Below are positions 20,812 through 32,700 of a DNA stretch of 64,000 nt, piece after piece. Made by a program: the position numbers and the translations under genes. Source of the stretch: a virus. Under the pieces are notes generated by a model, which saw nothing but the letters and a program-made list of their open reading frames with translations, had not been told where the DNA came from and searched no databases. Location: positions 68,787-132,786 of the IMG/VR virus record IMGVR_UViG_3300027788_000004. The stretch is one strand, 5' to 3'. Every line of letters begins with the position of its first letter. The first letter of the stretch is position 1.

Positions 20812-21030
20812 ATGAATTCAGCTTATCAAAATCTTTTAACACTCATCGGAGGAATCTTCTCAATTTACATTGCATATTTAACAGCGCAAGGAATTTTACA
20901 AAATTACATATCTTTCCAAGATCCACTTAACGAAATGGCATTCTTTATGTGTGCTTTATTCATGGGAGTATCTTGTATTTACATAGGTATTCCACAAAGG
21001 CATTGGAATAAACTTAACCCATTCTCATAA
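20812..21030 (+). CDS. small two-TM membrane protein (early)
   Basis: Two hydrophobic segments; follows repeat copy 2. Confidence 0.65.
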   Translation: MNSAYQNLLTLIGGIFSIYIAYLTAQGILQNYISFQDPLNEMAFFMCALFMGVSCIYIGIPQRHWNKLNPFS

Positions 21031-21056
21031 TAACAATAAAACAAAAACAACAAATC

Positions 21057-21380
21057 ATGAAAAAAACAATTTCAACAATCATCAATCTTTCTCACACTTC
21101 CTTCTTAGGAGGTTATCTTCAATTTGGTATAAATTACAATCCCGATAATATGACATGCGGTGGAGGTACAAAATGCTCGAGATTTGCACTTGCACTAGGA
21201 TTCATTACATTAGAGTTTTACGCAAACACAAAAACGTTTAAGCAATTATCATTCAAATTAAACGGAACTGATAAAGAAATTCAAATCGAGTTCGGATGGA
21301 AAAACATCATGTATAATTACAGAAAAATGGAGCAAGGTAATTACAATCACAAATGTGAATTACTTTATTCTTGGAGCTAA
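21057..21380 (+). CDS. hypothetical protein
   Basis: 107-aa ORF with A-rich leader. Confidence 0.65.
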   Translation: MKKTISTIINLSHTSFLGGYLQFGINYNPDNMTCGGGTKCSRFALALGFITLEFYANTKTFKQLSFKLNGTDKEIQIEFGWKNIMYNYRKMEQGNYNHKCELLYSWS

Positions 21381-21387
21381 TAACACT

Positions 21388-21415
21388 GAAACAATTGAAA
21401 AAGTTTAACATATAA
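21388..21415 (+). promoter_or_regulatory. putative middle promoter GAAAC-N16-CATATAA
   Basis: Exact motif upstream of the clamp-loader unit. Confidence 0.8.
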
Positions 21416-21432
21416 TAATTAAAGTAAATAAC

Positions 21433-21537
21433 ATGGACACAATAATAATAATAAGCGGAATTCTATGGTGCGTAATATGTGTATCCGCTGCAGTAGGAGC
21501 TATGATTTGCTACATAGAAAATAAATACAAAAAATAA
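21433..21537 (+). CDS. 34-aa single-TM peptide (not in ORF track)
   Basis: MDTIIIISGILWCVICVSAAVGAMICYIENKYKK; fills the gap between the middle promoter and gp44. Confidence 0.55.
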   Translation: MDTIIIISGILWCVICVSAAVGAMICYIENKYKK

Positions 21538-21539
21538 AT

Positions 21540-22493
21540 ATGACTCATTTAGAAACACTTTTATGGACCGAGCGATATCGGCCAAAAGAATTAAAGGACT
21601 TAATTGTTCCAGAAAGAATATACAAAAAATTAGATAAAGGAGTCTATCAAAACTTGCTCTTTTATGGTGGTCCTGGTAGTGGAAAAACTTCTTCTGCAAA
21701 AATACTTGCAAATGGCCATCCATATATGTACATTAATTGTTCTAGCGAAACTGGTGTAGATACGGTTAGAACTAAGATATCAGAGTTTTGTTCTACTCTA
21801 TCTCTACTTGATGGCGAACGTAAATTAAAAGTAGTTATATTAGATGAGTTCGATGGAGTATCTGATGCATATATGAAAGCGCTTAGAGGAACTATCGAAC
21901 AATTTCATATGAGTGCAAGATTCATAGCAACTTGTAATTATTTTAATAAGATTCCAGATAATATACAATCTAGATTTGAATGTATAAATTTTGACTTTAC
22001 TGATGTTGAAGAAACAGAAATTCTTAAAATGTATCTTAGGCGAATTTACGAAATCTGCAAACTAGAAGGAATGGAAATCGAAAAGGATGCTTTATTAGAA
22101 TTAGTTAAAAGGAAGTTTCCAGATCTAAGAAATACAATTAATGTATTACAAGGATATCACGCTCAAGGAATAAGCAAAATATCATTAACCGATGTAACTA
22201 CATTCCATGGAGTATTTAAGGATTTGTTCGATATGATATTTTCTGAAATGGCATCATCTCATAAAAATTATCAGTATTTAGTAGGAACATATGGTCATAG
22301 AGTTGATGATGTAATTAAATCATTAGGAAGTGATTTTGTAGAATATATTCAAACCGAACATCCTGCAAAAATTAAAAATTTAGGTGAAATATGTTATGAA
22401 GTAAACAAACATTCATACGAATCTAGATTTGCAATTGATCCAGTAGTAACTATGTTATCATTGGTTTATAAATTACAACAGATCGTTAAATAG
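21540..22493 (+). CDS. gp44: clamp loader large subunit (T4 gp44 / RFC-like)
   Basis: LWTERYRPK, GGPGSGKTS, VILDEFD, SRF, FPDLR motifs. Confidence 0.93.
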   Translation: MTHLETLLWTERYRPKELKDLIVPERIYKKLDKGVYQNLLFYGGPGSGKTSSAKILANGHPYMYINCSSETGVDTVRTKISEFCSTLSLLDGERKLKVVILDEFDGVSDAYMKALRGTIEQFHMSARFIATCNYFNKIPDNIQSRFECINFDFTDVEETEILKMYLRRIYEICKLEGMEIEKDALLELVKRKFPDLRNTINVLQGYHAQGISKISLTDVTTFHGVFKDLFDMIFSEMASSHKNYQYLVGTYGHRVDDVIKSLGSDFVEYIQTEHPAKIKNLGEICYEVNKHSYESRFAIDPVVTMLSLVYKLQQIVK

Positions 22494-22520
22494 AAACTTT
22501 TGCAAAACTTCGTCATATAA
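22493..22520 (+). promoter_or_regulatory. putative middle promoter GAAAC-N16-CATATAA
   Basis: Exact motif upstream of RNase H. Confidence 0.8.
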
Positions 22521-22538
22521 AATTAAAATAACATTATA

Positions 22539-23735
22539 ATGAAAAGGTATACTTTAATAGTAGATGGTAATTATTTCTTACATAAGACATTCTTTATTTC
22601 TGGTAGAATTAAAGGAAATAAAGGTGCACTAAATTTTATCGATGATCCAGAAAAGGATGCAGATATTTTAATAAACAAATTAGCAACTGACTTTGCATAC
22701 GAAGTTAGGCGATTTGCTCCAGTATTAGATGGAATTGTTTATTGCATAGATTCATCTTCATGGCGAAAGGATTTTTATCCAGAATCTAATGAATCTCCAA
22801 ATGCGGTATCTAAGGAATATAAAGGCCAACGTAAACGAGATAACACTATAAATTGGAAAGCTATATATGATGTACATGATAAATTCGCAGCATCTCTTAA
22901 AAAATTAGGTTGTACTATTTCTCGAGTTAGTGGAGCCGAAGCCGATGATCTTATATTCGCATGGTCAGCTTATCTTAATATGAACGAAAAAAATTCTTTA
23001 ATCTTTTCTGGTGATAACGATTTAATTCAATTAGTTTGTAATAACGAATCAAACGATACAAATACAGTATATTACAATAAATTTTCAAAGCGATTATATT
23101 CTCCATTAGGTTTTAGCGAATGGCTATCACAAACAACTACAGAAACTATCGATATATTTGATCAACCTTTAGATCTAACTAGTAATACTAAAATAGGTTT
23201 ACAAGGTGTTTTACGTGGTGTAGAAATTGCGGAAGTAGATACATTAGAATTTGTTTTCAAAAAGATTTTAACCGGCGATTCAGGTGATAATGTTTCTCCT
23301 TTACATCAATTCGTTAAAAAGTTAAAAACTGGAAAAACAAGAGTTTATGGAATAACCGATAAAAAAGCTACTATGATTCTAGAAAAATTCACAAGTAAAA
23401 ATGGCGATCTAACAGAATCAACATTCTTTAATCAAAAAACAATTAACGAAATATGTCAAATAACTAGAGATACTTTAGGTATTCATAATAAAACTTTACC
23501 AGAACTAGTTGAAAAATACGAAGCTAATAGAAACTTAATGTATTTACATAACCGAGCTTTACCTGCTGCAATTATGGATGTTATGTTAAAATCTATCGAA
23601 GATGCAAAACATACTACAATACATGCGATAGATCAAATAAATAAAACAAACATATCTACACCAATTTTGAATAACGAAAAAAACATAACTACCACTAACG
23701 AAGCTTCATTCTTTGGTGGAATAAAATTCGACTAA
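22539..23735 (+). CDS. rnh: 5'-3' exonuclease / T4 RNase H-like flap nuclease
   Basis: LIVDGN, SWRK..Y..YKGQR, EADD, SGDNDLIQL, GDSGDNV motifs. Confidence 0.88.
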   Translation: MKRYTLIVDGNYFLHKTFFISGRIKGNKGALNFIDDPEKDADILINKLATDFAYEVRRFAPVLDGIVYCIDSSSWRKDFYPESNESPNAVSKEYKGQRKRDNTINWKAIYDVHDKFAASLKKLGCTISRVSGAEADDLIFAWSAYLNMNEKNSLIFSGDNDLIQLVCNNESNDTNTVYYNKFSKRLYSPLGFSEWLSQTTTETIDIFDQPLDLTSNTKIGLQGVLRGVEIAEVDTLEFVFKKILTGDSGDNVSPLHQFVKKLKTGKTRVYGITDKKATMILEKFTSKNGDLTESTFFNQKTINEICQITRDTLGIHNKTLPELVEKYEANRNLMYLHNRALPAAIMDVMLKSIEDAKHTTIHAIDQINKTNISTPILNNEKNITTTNEASFFGGIKFD

Positions 23736-23737
23736 TT

Positions 23738-23920
23738 ATGAGCACACCAGACTTCCACAAAACACCAATGGGTAAAAAATACTATGAGTATGATTTACCT
23801 CGTCTAATTGAATCTAATCAACAACTAGCCAAAGAATTAAAAAGACAGAATGATCTAAACGAAAAGATATCAAGGAAAAAGAAACCTGCTCAAGAACTTA
23901 AGAGAGGAAGGAATCTATAA
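23738..23920 (+). CDS. hypothetical protein
   Basis: 60-aa ORF (FHKTPMGKKYY) tightly packed after rnh. Confidence 0.6.
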   Translation: MSTPDFHKTPMGKKYYEYDLPRLIESNQQLAKELKRQNDLNEKISRKKKPAQELKRGRNL

Positions 23921-23948
23921 ACAATTTTTTTCATATAATAAATAAACT

Positions 23949-24371
23949 ATGCAACTATTCGATTTAGTTAGGGTTATGTTTACAAATCCTAAAAAGTATT
24001 CAGATATTAAAAACTCAGATAAGGCTAAAAATCATTTTATGATTCAGCGCTTTATGTCTATAAATTATCCTGCACAAGCTCAACAATTAAATAGAAACGG
24101 TATTAATGGTGTAGGTGTTATTGATACTTGGCAATTTATTACATCAAGATTCAAACGTGTCCCTGGTTGGATATATACTAAAACAAAGAAAACTAAAAAA
24201 CAACAGGCTAAGGAATTTACATATTCTCCTGAATTAGTAGATTTGTATATAAGTAAAAACGAAACTTCTAAAAAGGATTTCGATATCTTAACCAAACTTT
24301 ATCCTAGCGAAATGCAATCGTATTTCACGAAGCTAAGAAAACAATATGACACTTATGTTAGAAACGAATAA
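23949..24371 (+). CDS. putative clamp loader small subunit (gp62-like)
   Basis: Size, LFD N-terminus, FMIQRFMS and W-x-x-x-K pattern reminiscent of gp62; variant middle promoter GAATC-N16-CATATAA at 23911. Confidence 0.45.
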   Translation: MQLFDLVRVMFTNPKKYSDIKNSDKAKNHFMIQRFMSINYPAQAQQLNRNGINGVGVIDTWQFITSRFKRVPGWIYTKTKKTKKQQAKEFTYSPELVDLYISKNETSKKDFDILTKLYPSEMQSYFTKLRKQYDTYVRNE

Positions 24372-25008
24372 CCAATATCCTTTAGTTGTAGAAGTTACTA
24401 TGTATCGCCATAATTGGACAGATAATAAAATACTTAATGAAATCAAACGTAGTGCAAGGCTTAATAAGGTAGGTAGTTCTAATTCTCATTTTTTTGTTTC
24501 TACTAAAGATATTAAACAAATACTAAATAATAAATTTAGCGAAGATATAGAATATCAAGGAGGATTAACCCAAGAAAAGCTAGTTAAGAATATAACTTCT
24601 CCATTCTTCTTACATAGTGTTGTGCATACATTTTCAAATTTACGATTTGTAAAATTTAATGTTTCTAATGATAAAGATTATACTAGAAAATCTGGTGATA
24701 CAGTAACCTTTGATTATAAAATTTTACATGCAAGAATAAATTTACCAGAATTAGTAGAATCTAAAACTGAACTTAAGCAATTTCAAAAGTTATTTAAGTT
24801 TATTAAATTTTGGAGTCCTAATAAATTTAATCCTGTTCCATATATTGAAGTGTCTTCTAGGGATCTAATATCTACTATAAATTATCATGAAGGTATGGGA
24901 GAAGATTTTGTAAAGACCTATGCAGATACTATAAACAAATTACTACAATACATAGATCTTAAATTAGAAAGCGATAATTCAGCGCTTCATATTATTTTAC
25001 TAGATTGA
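24346..25008 (+). CDS. hypothetical protein
   Basis: 220-aa ORF overlapping the previous gene. Confidence 0.65.
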   Translation: MTLMLETNNQYPLVVEVTMYRHNWTDNKILNEIKRSARLNKVGSSNSHFFVSTKDIKQILNNKFSEDIEYQGGLTQEKLVKNITSPFFLHSVVHTFSNLRFVKFNVSNDKDYTRKSGDTVTFDYKILHARINLPELVESKTELKQFQKLFKFIKFWSPNKFNPVPYIEVSSRDLISTINYHEGMGEDFVKTYADTINKLLQYIDLKLESDNSALHIILLD

Positions 25009-25035
25009 TATATAGTTAAAAATAACCTTTTAATT

Positions 25036-25311
25036 ATGTCAAACAATACGAAAACAGGATTTGTCCACAATATGTTAAGCAAAAATGGAAAAGTCTCTAG
25101 TAAGAGATTCTGTACATTTACTTGTTTATTCTTTATGATGATTGGGTATATAGCTAATTTATTCTGGGGATTTGAAGTACAAGAACATTTGTTTAATTCT
25201 TTACAATGGATCGTTATGGCTGGACTAGGATTTACTGCATCAGAAAACTTTGCTCCAAACAATACTGAATCAGACAAAACAAAAGATGAATTCCCATCAG
25301 ATAGTGTATAA
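25036..25311 (+). CDS. small two-TM membrane protein, holin candidate
   Basis: SSKRF followed by two TM segments and a charged C-terminus; late motif at 25007. Confidence 0.5.
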   Translation: MSNNTKTGFVHNMLSKNGKVSSKRFCTFTCLFFMMIGYIANLFWGFEVQEHLFNSLQWIVMAGLGFTASENFAPNNTESDKTKDEFPSDSV

Positions 25312-25347
25312 TTTTGTTTGAATATATAATAAAACAAACAACGTAAT

Positions 25348-27327
25348 ATGGCTACTGAAACCATTAAGATAGACTTTACTACGAACAACATTACATATAA
25401 AGATGGAGATTCTCTCATCATTACGTTTAATGGTGCATTTAATAAAGTCGATAAATTCTTATCTTATACAGAGACACAATCACCTAGTGTGTCATCTACT
25501 GATTATTTAATGACTAACGTTCGATGGTCTAGTGATGATCAAGTATGGTCTGCTTGGCAGCAAATGCCGATCGATTCAGCAGGAAATAAAACATTACCAT
25601 CTGCGTTAACTACACCAGACTTTACTACAGGATCAAACATATCTTTACAATTTAAGTATATAAGAGTTCAACAAAACCCAGATCCATCTATATCAATAAA
25701 TAGAACCTTAGATTCAATTGAGATAAGTTTATCTCCAAGTGCACCAGAAACACCATACAAAGCTCCATCAAGTCAAATATGTCCTACTGGAGATTATTTC
25801 AAAGGAATAAATGTTGATTGTGATGGTGGACTTTTTAGAGTTTATGATTTAATGGCTCCGGCAATAGATCTTAATAGAGAATTGGCTTTAGCAGTTAGCG
25901 AAATGTTTGGACATCAAGTATGTTATTTCAAAACTACTGCAGATCAACGATCTAAAGACTTTATCTTAAAAGAATACTCGTTATATGACGTAACCGATGT
26001 AAAAAATGTTAGAATTGTAGTACCTGATAATGTATTCCCTGATAATGCTATTCAGTTCACACCTTTTGACATGGATTTTGAAGCACCATTTGAAGTTCAG
26101 ATTGTTAAAGAAGATTTTGAAAAGGCCTTTGGTTATTGTGTAAGACCAGAAGAACGAGATTATCTTTTCTTTCCTTTAGAAAATAGATTATACGAAATAC
26201 AATCGGCTTACTTATTCAAAGACTTTATGAGAAGCGCAACATATTATAAAGTTGCATTATGGAAATGGCAAGATAAAGATAATGTAATGAGACCTGCTGG
26301 TAGTACTGCACAAACACTTACCGATAGTCTTACTGAAAATTTCGATGATTTATTTAAGGAATCCAATGAATTAGAATTCAAACAAATAACAAAGCCTTTA
26401 CAATATAATACTATAAACATTGGTGATTGGGATTTTGTTAGATCAGAAATTGATGCAAAATTAGATATTAGAAAACATGATATCAATAATTATTTTACGA
26501 TAGTTGCAAAATATGCATATGACCTTAATACAGTAAACTATAACGATAATGCTATTGTGTATAAAACTCCAGTAAGTATCGGAGCTACCGAAGATAGAGT
26601 TTATATAACTTGGTTTAGGGCTAATAGAACTTCGTTTGTTAACCGAGATTTAGGTCCAACTTCTATAAATGAATATCCAACTGGTAGTACAATGCATGGA
26701 CTAAAATATGATACGATTTTAGATGGTTGGGTTGACGGAATACCTGGAACAACAGGACCGAATCCATCTAAAGGAGTTCAAATAAATTTACAGTATGGAC
26801 CTACTTCTATAGGATCTACTAGTACATATTCTACACAAGGTATTGAAGTAAAGGTTAATGATGATATATTTAGATTTAATACTAATTACCTAGAAGCATG
26901 GCCAGGAAATGTATTTCCAGATTTATTAGTTGATGCAAAACAATATAACAAAACAGTATTAGAAGATTCTAGAAAATGGTATGCATTAGTACTTAATGTT
27001 TCTAATACACACGGAACTATAAATTGCAATGTATGGGAAATGGAATTTGATGCAACTAAACCAGCATACACACAACAAACTACGCAATTAAAATTAGTGT
27101 TTGGAGAAACTAAAACGTTTAATAAACAAATAGTAGATTCAGGATCTTTTTATCAATTAAAGGGAGTACCGTTAGAGGTAACAAACCTTAGAATACTAAC
27201 TGAACTAATAAACGAAGAAAACCAACCATTGATGTTAAATAGATACACAGTCAGAGATAATCAATACGCAGAAATGATCGATAACGCATTACCACCACTT
27301 CGAATGACTAGAGAAAGCGGCAGGTAA
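25348..27327 (+). CDS. neck/head-closure protein (gp14-like core with extensions)
   Basis: MFGHQVCYFK...DFILKEY and RPEERDYLFFPLENRLYEI resemble gp14-type neck proteins; late motif at 25321. Confidence 0.6.
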   Translation: MATETIKIDFTTNNITYKDGDSLIITFNGAFNKVDKFLSYTETQSPSVSSTDYLMTNVRWSSDDQVWSAWQQMPIDSAGNKTLPSALTTPDFTTGSNISLQFKYIRVQQNPDPSISINRTLDSIEISLSPSAPETPYKAPSSQICPTGDYFKGINVDCDGGLFRVYDLMAPAIDLNRELALAVSEMFGHQVCYFKTTADQRSKDFILKEYSLYDVTDVKNVRIVVPDNVFPDNAIQFTPFDMDFEAPFEVQIVKEDFEKAFGYCVRPEERDYLFFPLENRLYEIQSAYLFKDFMRSATYYKVALWKWQDKDNVMRPAGSTAQTLTDSLTENFDDLFKESNELEFKQITKPLQYNTINIGDWDFVRSEIDAKLDIRKHDINNYFTIVAKYAYDLNTVNYNDNAIVYKTPVSIGATEDRVYITWFRANRTSFVNRDLGPTSINEYPTGSTMHGLKYDTILDGWVDGIPGTTGPNPSKGVQINLQYGPTSIGSTSTYSTQGIEVKVNDDIFRFNTNYLEAWPGNVFPDLLVDAKQYNKTVLEDSRKWYALVLNVSNTHGTINCNVWEMEFDATKPAYTQQTTQLKLVFGETKTFNKQIVDSGSFYQLKGVPLEVTNLRILTELINEENQPLMLNRYTVRDNQYAEMIDNALPPLRMTRESGR

Positions 27328-27341
27328 TTAAAAATTTAGAT

Positions 27342-27941
27342 ATGAAAGACGAAAACAAAGACGACGCAAGAGAATCAATTAAAGACCTTTTACAAGATGA
27401 TGGTATGAACTTACCGATAGTTAAAGAAGGAGATTTACCATCATTTCATCAAGTAGATAGTTATGATTATATGGATAATCAAACTAAGTCAATAGCAAAG
27501 GCTAAGAAAATGATGGATTCTGTTATGAAATTATATTTGAGTGCAGAAATAATTGAGAAGAATGAATACGTAAAAATGAAACAACGTATTGGTGAAATGC
27601 AATTATCTACTTTACTTACTCAGATGAATCAAATGCAACATTCAATAGAAACCTTAATGAGAACCATCGATAGTGGAGAATTATCTCCAAGAATGTTTGA
27701 GGTTTTAGGTGGCTTACAAAAGACTATGTTAGAAATCAATAAACATACAACTTTACATATAATGGCTGCTGAAGAGAACACTAAAAAATTAAAGCATGAT
27801 ATAGATGTATATAGTAATATGACAACGATATCAAATAGCCAAAAGGATAAAGGAAAGACTGCTAGAGGTAATCGTGACTTTATGAAAGATATTCAAGAAG
27901 AAATACAAGATATAGATTTTAACGACGATAACGATGAGTAG
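27342..27941 (+). CDS. gp16: terminase small subunit (gp16-like)
   Basis: SPRMFEVLGGL motif; overlaps the TerL start. Confidence 0.6.
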   Translation: MKDENKDDARESIKDLLQDDGMNLPIVKEGDLPSFHQVDSYDYMDNQTKSIAKAKKMMDSVMKLYLSAEIIEKNEYVKMKQRIGEMQLSTLLTQMNQMQHSIETLMRTIDSGELSPRMFEVLGGLQKTMLEINKHTTLHIMAAEENTKKLKHDIDVYSNMTTISNSQKDKGKTARGNRDFMKDIQEEIQDIDFNDDNDE

Positions 27942-29742
27942 TATAGTAAAGAAATTTCAAGATCCTAGCGAAAATGATGATAATAGAATTGTATGGGACT
28001 CAGATAAGGTTCAACATGCAATCGAAGCTATGGAGAAGGGTTATCAAATTCCAAATGCACCATTTTACGAAGGAGATATAAATTATAGAAAGGGTAATAC
28101 CGTCTATGATTTTTCTGATGAGGAAATATCAGAAATTAAAAAGTGTGCAAGGGATATTGTATATTTTGCTAATAACTATTGCCATGCAATGACCGATGAA
28201 GGTGTTAGAAAGATAACAGTTAGAGATTATCAAGCGGATATGCTTAGACAATATCAACAAAATCGATGGAATGTTTGTTTAGCTGCAAGACAAATTGGTA
28301 AAACAATATGTTCAGGTATTTTTATAGCTTGGTATTCTTTATTTAATTTTGATAAGAATGCGATGATTATGTCTAATAAAGGAGCTACAACAAAAGAGAT
28401 CCTTATGAAGACTAAACATATATATGAGAATCTTCCTTTCTTTTTGAAACCAGGTGTTATGAAAAAGGATGTAATGGAGATGAGGTTTGATAATGGCTGT
28501 AGAGTTATCGGACAGAACACAACTAAAACTGGTGGTATATCATTTACTATTCATTTATTATACTTAGATGAGTTTGCTCATATTATGCCTAGTATTATTA
28601 ACCCTTTTTACGAGAACGTTTATCCAACGTTATCATCATCTAAGATATCCAGAGTTATCATAACTTCTACGCCTAATGGGTATAATAAGTTCCATGAAAT
28701 TTATCAAGGAGCTTCTGAAGGAATTAACGAATATGCACCATTTCGAGTAGATTGGTGGCAAGTTCCTGGTAGAGACGAAGATTGGAAAAAACAGGAAGTT
28801 GCTAATTTAGGTTCTATCGAAGCATTTAATCAACAATATGGTAATCAATTCTTATCGGCATCTGCTTTATTGTTAAGTTCTATTGAAATGAAAAAAATTA
28901 AAAATACAGAGAAAGAATTTGTATTTAGAGAATTCGATGATTTGGATGACTTAGGTTTAGATTATTCTTGTTTAAGATGGGATCCTGATGTGGATGTCGA
29001 TATGTTAGATGGAAAACAAGATTTTTATTTATTTTCAATTGATTTGGCAGAGGGTGTAGGTAAAGATTATTCAGTTATCAATATATTCAAAATCGTACCT
29101 ACTGATCTTAAATTTCATAGAGATCTTATTTCACCTAGTGATATAACAGATTTTTTTAGGATGGAACAAATAGGTGTGTTTAGATCTAACGTACATTCAT
29201 TAAAAGATTTTAGTATGATTCTATATGAATTATGTGTAAACATCTTTAATCAAGAAAATTTAAGAAATATAATTGAATATAATGCGTTTGGTCAAGAAGT
29301 TATAAATAATTTAATAGCTTTATATCCTACACGAAACGATTTTGATGAAGAGACTTTAGTAAGGTATGCACACAGAGTTGGTAGTACTATAAAGAAGCCT
29401 GGAATAAAGATAAATAGAGACAATAAAAGAATACTAACAACTAAGGTTAAAAATTACATAAGAACTAGTAGAGTTATACTTAAAGATAAGAACACTATTA
29501 GTGAAGCTTCTATGTTTTCTAGAAACGAAAATGGCACATATTCTGCACAATCAGGAAATGATGACTTAATGATGACTGTGGTTAATGCAACAAGCTTTTT
29601 TGATACCGTTGATTATTCTGAAACAGTAGAAGAACTTTTTGATTACATTCCTCAAATATATAAAGATAAAATAGAAGAAACATTAGAGAGGAGTGGAAAC
29701 CTATCTGGTGATTCATTTAACATTTACGACATAATCGACTAG
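27934..29742 (+). CDS. gp17: terminase large subunit (T4 gp17-like)
   Basis: RDYQ, ARQIGKT, YLDEFAH, ITSTPNG, IDLAEGVGKDYS, NDDLMM motifs. Confidence 0.96.
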   Translation: MSSIVKKFQDPSENDDNRIVWDSDKVQHAIEAMEKGYQIPNAPFYEGDINYRKGNTVYDFSDEEISEIKKCARDIVYFANNYCHAMTDEGVRKITVRDYQADMLRQYQQNRWNVCLAARQIGKTICSGIFIAWYSLFNFDKNAMIMSNKGATTKEILMKTKHIYENLPFFLKPGVMKKDVMEMRFDNGCRVIGQNTTKTGGISFTIHLLYLDEFAHIMPSIINPFYENVYPTLSSSKISRVIITSTPNGYNKFHEIYQGASEGINEYAPFRVDWWQVPGRDEDWKKQEVANLGSIEAFNQQYGNQFLSASALLLSSIEMKKIKNTEKEFVFREFDDLDDLGLDYSCLRWDPDVDVDMLDGKQDFYLFSIDLAEGVGKDYSVINIFKIVPTDLKFHRDLISPSDITDFFRMEQIGVFRSNVHSLKDFSMILYELCVNIFNQENLRNIIEYNAFGQEVINNLIALYPTRNDFDEETLVRYAHRVGSTIKKPGIKINRDNKRILTTKVKNYIRTSRVILKDKNTISEASMFSRNENGTYSAQSGNDDLMMTVVNATSFFDTVDYSETVEELFDYIPQIYKDKIEETLERSGNLSGDSFNIYDIID

Positions 29743-29797
29743 AATAAAACTATATAGTCGAGAGATATATAATTAAAATAAAAAAAACTAATTAAAA

Positions 29798-32700
29798 ATG
29801 GCTTTACCAGCGAATATACAACAATTCAAGTCAAGTGGCGTTTACCGTTTAGAGTTTGATAAGAGTCAACTGATAAACATACCAGCTGAAACTATCAGAT
29901 TGGTAATTGGTTATTCAAATAAAGGACCTTTCAATACACCTATTTTCTGTGAGGATGCTAACTTCTTTAACGAAGTTTATGGCGGAATCGACACTGGATT
30001 GGAATTAAAAGGATCTTACTTTCATAGATCATGTTTAACTGCTTTAGATAGAGGACCTATCCTTGCGTTAAACTTATGGAACATTACGGAGACCGTTACT
30101 GCAGACTTCAGAGCATTAAGTGCAGAATCAAATCTTGCAAACAGAGCAGTTAATTCAACTTCTCCAGTTTCAAAATTCTTTAACCAAGATAAATTCTGGT
30201 TTATTGATGACGATGCAGTAATATCTGCAATCAACACATATCAAGGTACTTGGGATGCACAATCTGCACCTAATGGATCTTCGATATTTAATTTAGCAAA
30301 TACAGGAAAGAAAACAATTTCAGTATTTGTAGTAAAATCCGATATGTCAGGTTACGATGCAACGGCAGAGGTATGGTACGGAACTGGAAAGGTACCTCCA
30401 TATTTAGATAAATCAAGTTTAATTTCTGACTTTAATGTTAGAGTACTAATTATTCAAGGAGACTTTAGTAATTACAGCGCGTTAGCAATTGACCCTGTTT
30501 ATGGAGCATACTTCGATTCAAAAGGACTTAAATCTACATACACAGATGCATTTGGAAATACAACTGATGGAATAACTGCTTTATTGCAACTTCCTGAAGT
30601 TACTGCACTTGCAGAATACCATGGTTCTTTACTACCAGAATTTGTAGATAAAGACGGAACAAACTTATTTATTGAAGATATAATAAATAACGAAACTTCT
30701 AGAACTGGTCTTGTTTGTGCAATGAACGATGAATGGTTCTACGATAATCCAGCCGGATCTACAAAAATAGTTGATGGTTTACAAATCGACTTAATTGGTC
30801 ATGGATTGGAAGAAAATGAACATGGAATCTCAGTAATAGATTTCTTATCTTATTACGGAGCATTAAATGCATATCAACCATACAGACAACGAGTATATAA
30901 TAATAACTTAGGCCTCACGGGTGTTACCGGTTCAACTGCATTAAACCCATATATCTTCGAAGGATACAGTGGAGCAGTAGGTGCTTCTCAATTTGAATTA
31001 GAGCAATCATCTACATATTCAACTGCTGCAATGGTTGGATGTTACGATATCTTAAATATCTATGGACCTAACCATCCATATGTTTTAGGTGGAACTGCCG
31101 GTTCTTATTGGGCATCAGGAACTACTGCCGGACAATCTGCATTCGAAACTTTTGCTGGAGCAATAGTTGCAAACAACTCTTATGTAAGTGTAGGTGTTTC
31201 AGGTGCTTCTTCTTCAGCAGCTGCTGCTGGAGCTTCCGGTTATGAAGGTTGGCTACTTGGTGGAACCGCTGCTAGATACTCTTATGCAAAAGTAACATCA
31301 GTAACTACAGTATCTACAGTTAATCAGAAAGATTTACTTAAAATACAAATTGCACACACAGATGAAGCTGCAAATACAGGTATTGCTTTACCAGGTCCAA
31401 GTGCTGGAGGATTAGGTCAATGCTTTACATTAGGTTACAAACAAGGATTTGCTGGAAGTACATGGTTCGCTGCGGTAGGAACTACAAGTTCTGCAGTAAA
31501 AATTGAGGTTATTCCAAGCATTAACTATTGTGTTAATCCGGTTGGAATAGGCGCTTCTCATAATACAATGTATGGAGGTCCTGCTTCTCAATTAGGAGTA
31601 GATACAACTTCTGGAACTATTACTACTGGAGATAAAATACAAGGTATCAATACATCTACATGGAACTTTGCTCAAATACAAGCAGTTAATGCATTCGATT
31701 TACGAACTGTAGCTGCTGGACCTACATGGGGTATGGGTGCTGGAGTTGATGGATCGATGGCCGGTGGAGATGCATTTAATGCTTCTTCGGTTAATATGGT
31801 ACTATCACACCAAGTTGCAAATGCAAGAGTAATATCTTATTCAGATGAAACTTATTCAACTGGAGCATCTATTGGAATTCTACCAGGAATGACTGGTTTC
31901 GTAGATCAATTTCTTTCGATACCTCAAAACGGTGCAACCGGTGCTACTTATAACGAAACGGTTTCTATTAGTACTTTCACTGGAGATATTAACGAAGTAT
32001 TCCCTACACCTGCAAATGCATTAACAGCAGTTAATACAGTTATACTAGGTAATGGAACTACAGGAGGTGCAACAGCATACACTGGAAAAATCGAAGTTGG
32101 ACAATATCTTGTAAGAGGTTTTGAAACGGTTGCTGGAAGTGGTGATTACAATAGTAAAATTGATCCTAGAACCGACACAACACGTTTAACTAGAATTAAC
32201 AAAGCAATTGTTCAATCTGGCGCAACACCATATTTTGAAATTACGACGGAAGATCCTATATATGTTTATCCAAATGTATCAGGTAATCCAACAGCGGTTG
32301 AAAGATATAAAAGTTTGAATGGATTTATTTCTAACTATACAGTGAGTGCACTTACAGGTTATACGGTTCCACTTACCGGAACTAAACCTGATGGTTCAAA
32401 CATACAAATGAATAAGATTCTCGATGTAATGTATAATACTAACATCGCAGCAACCTTAACAGATAGAGATGCAATTACATTTAGATATATCGTTGATACA
32501 TTTAATAATGGAATTGAACCTTCATCTAAATCAAGGTTATCTAAAATATGTAAAAATAGACAAAATGCATTTGCGATACTTAATGCTCCTTCAATTAAGG
32601 AGTTTAAGAATTCAACAAATCCATTATTCAAATTGAATTCTACTTCTACATTCAATCCACAATATATAGCAACTGGTGGTAATATGTCACTTAACCCTAG

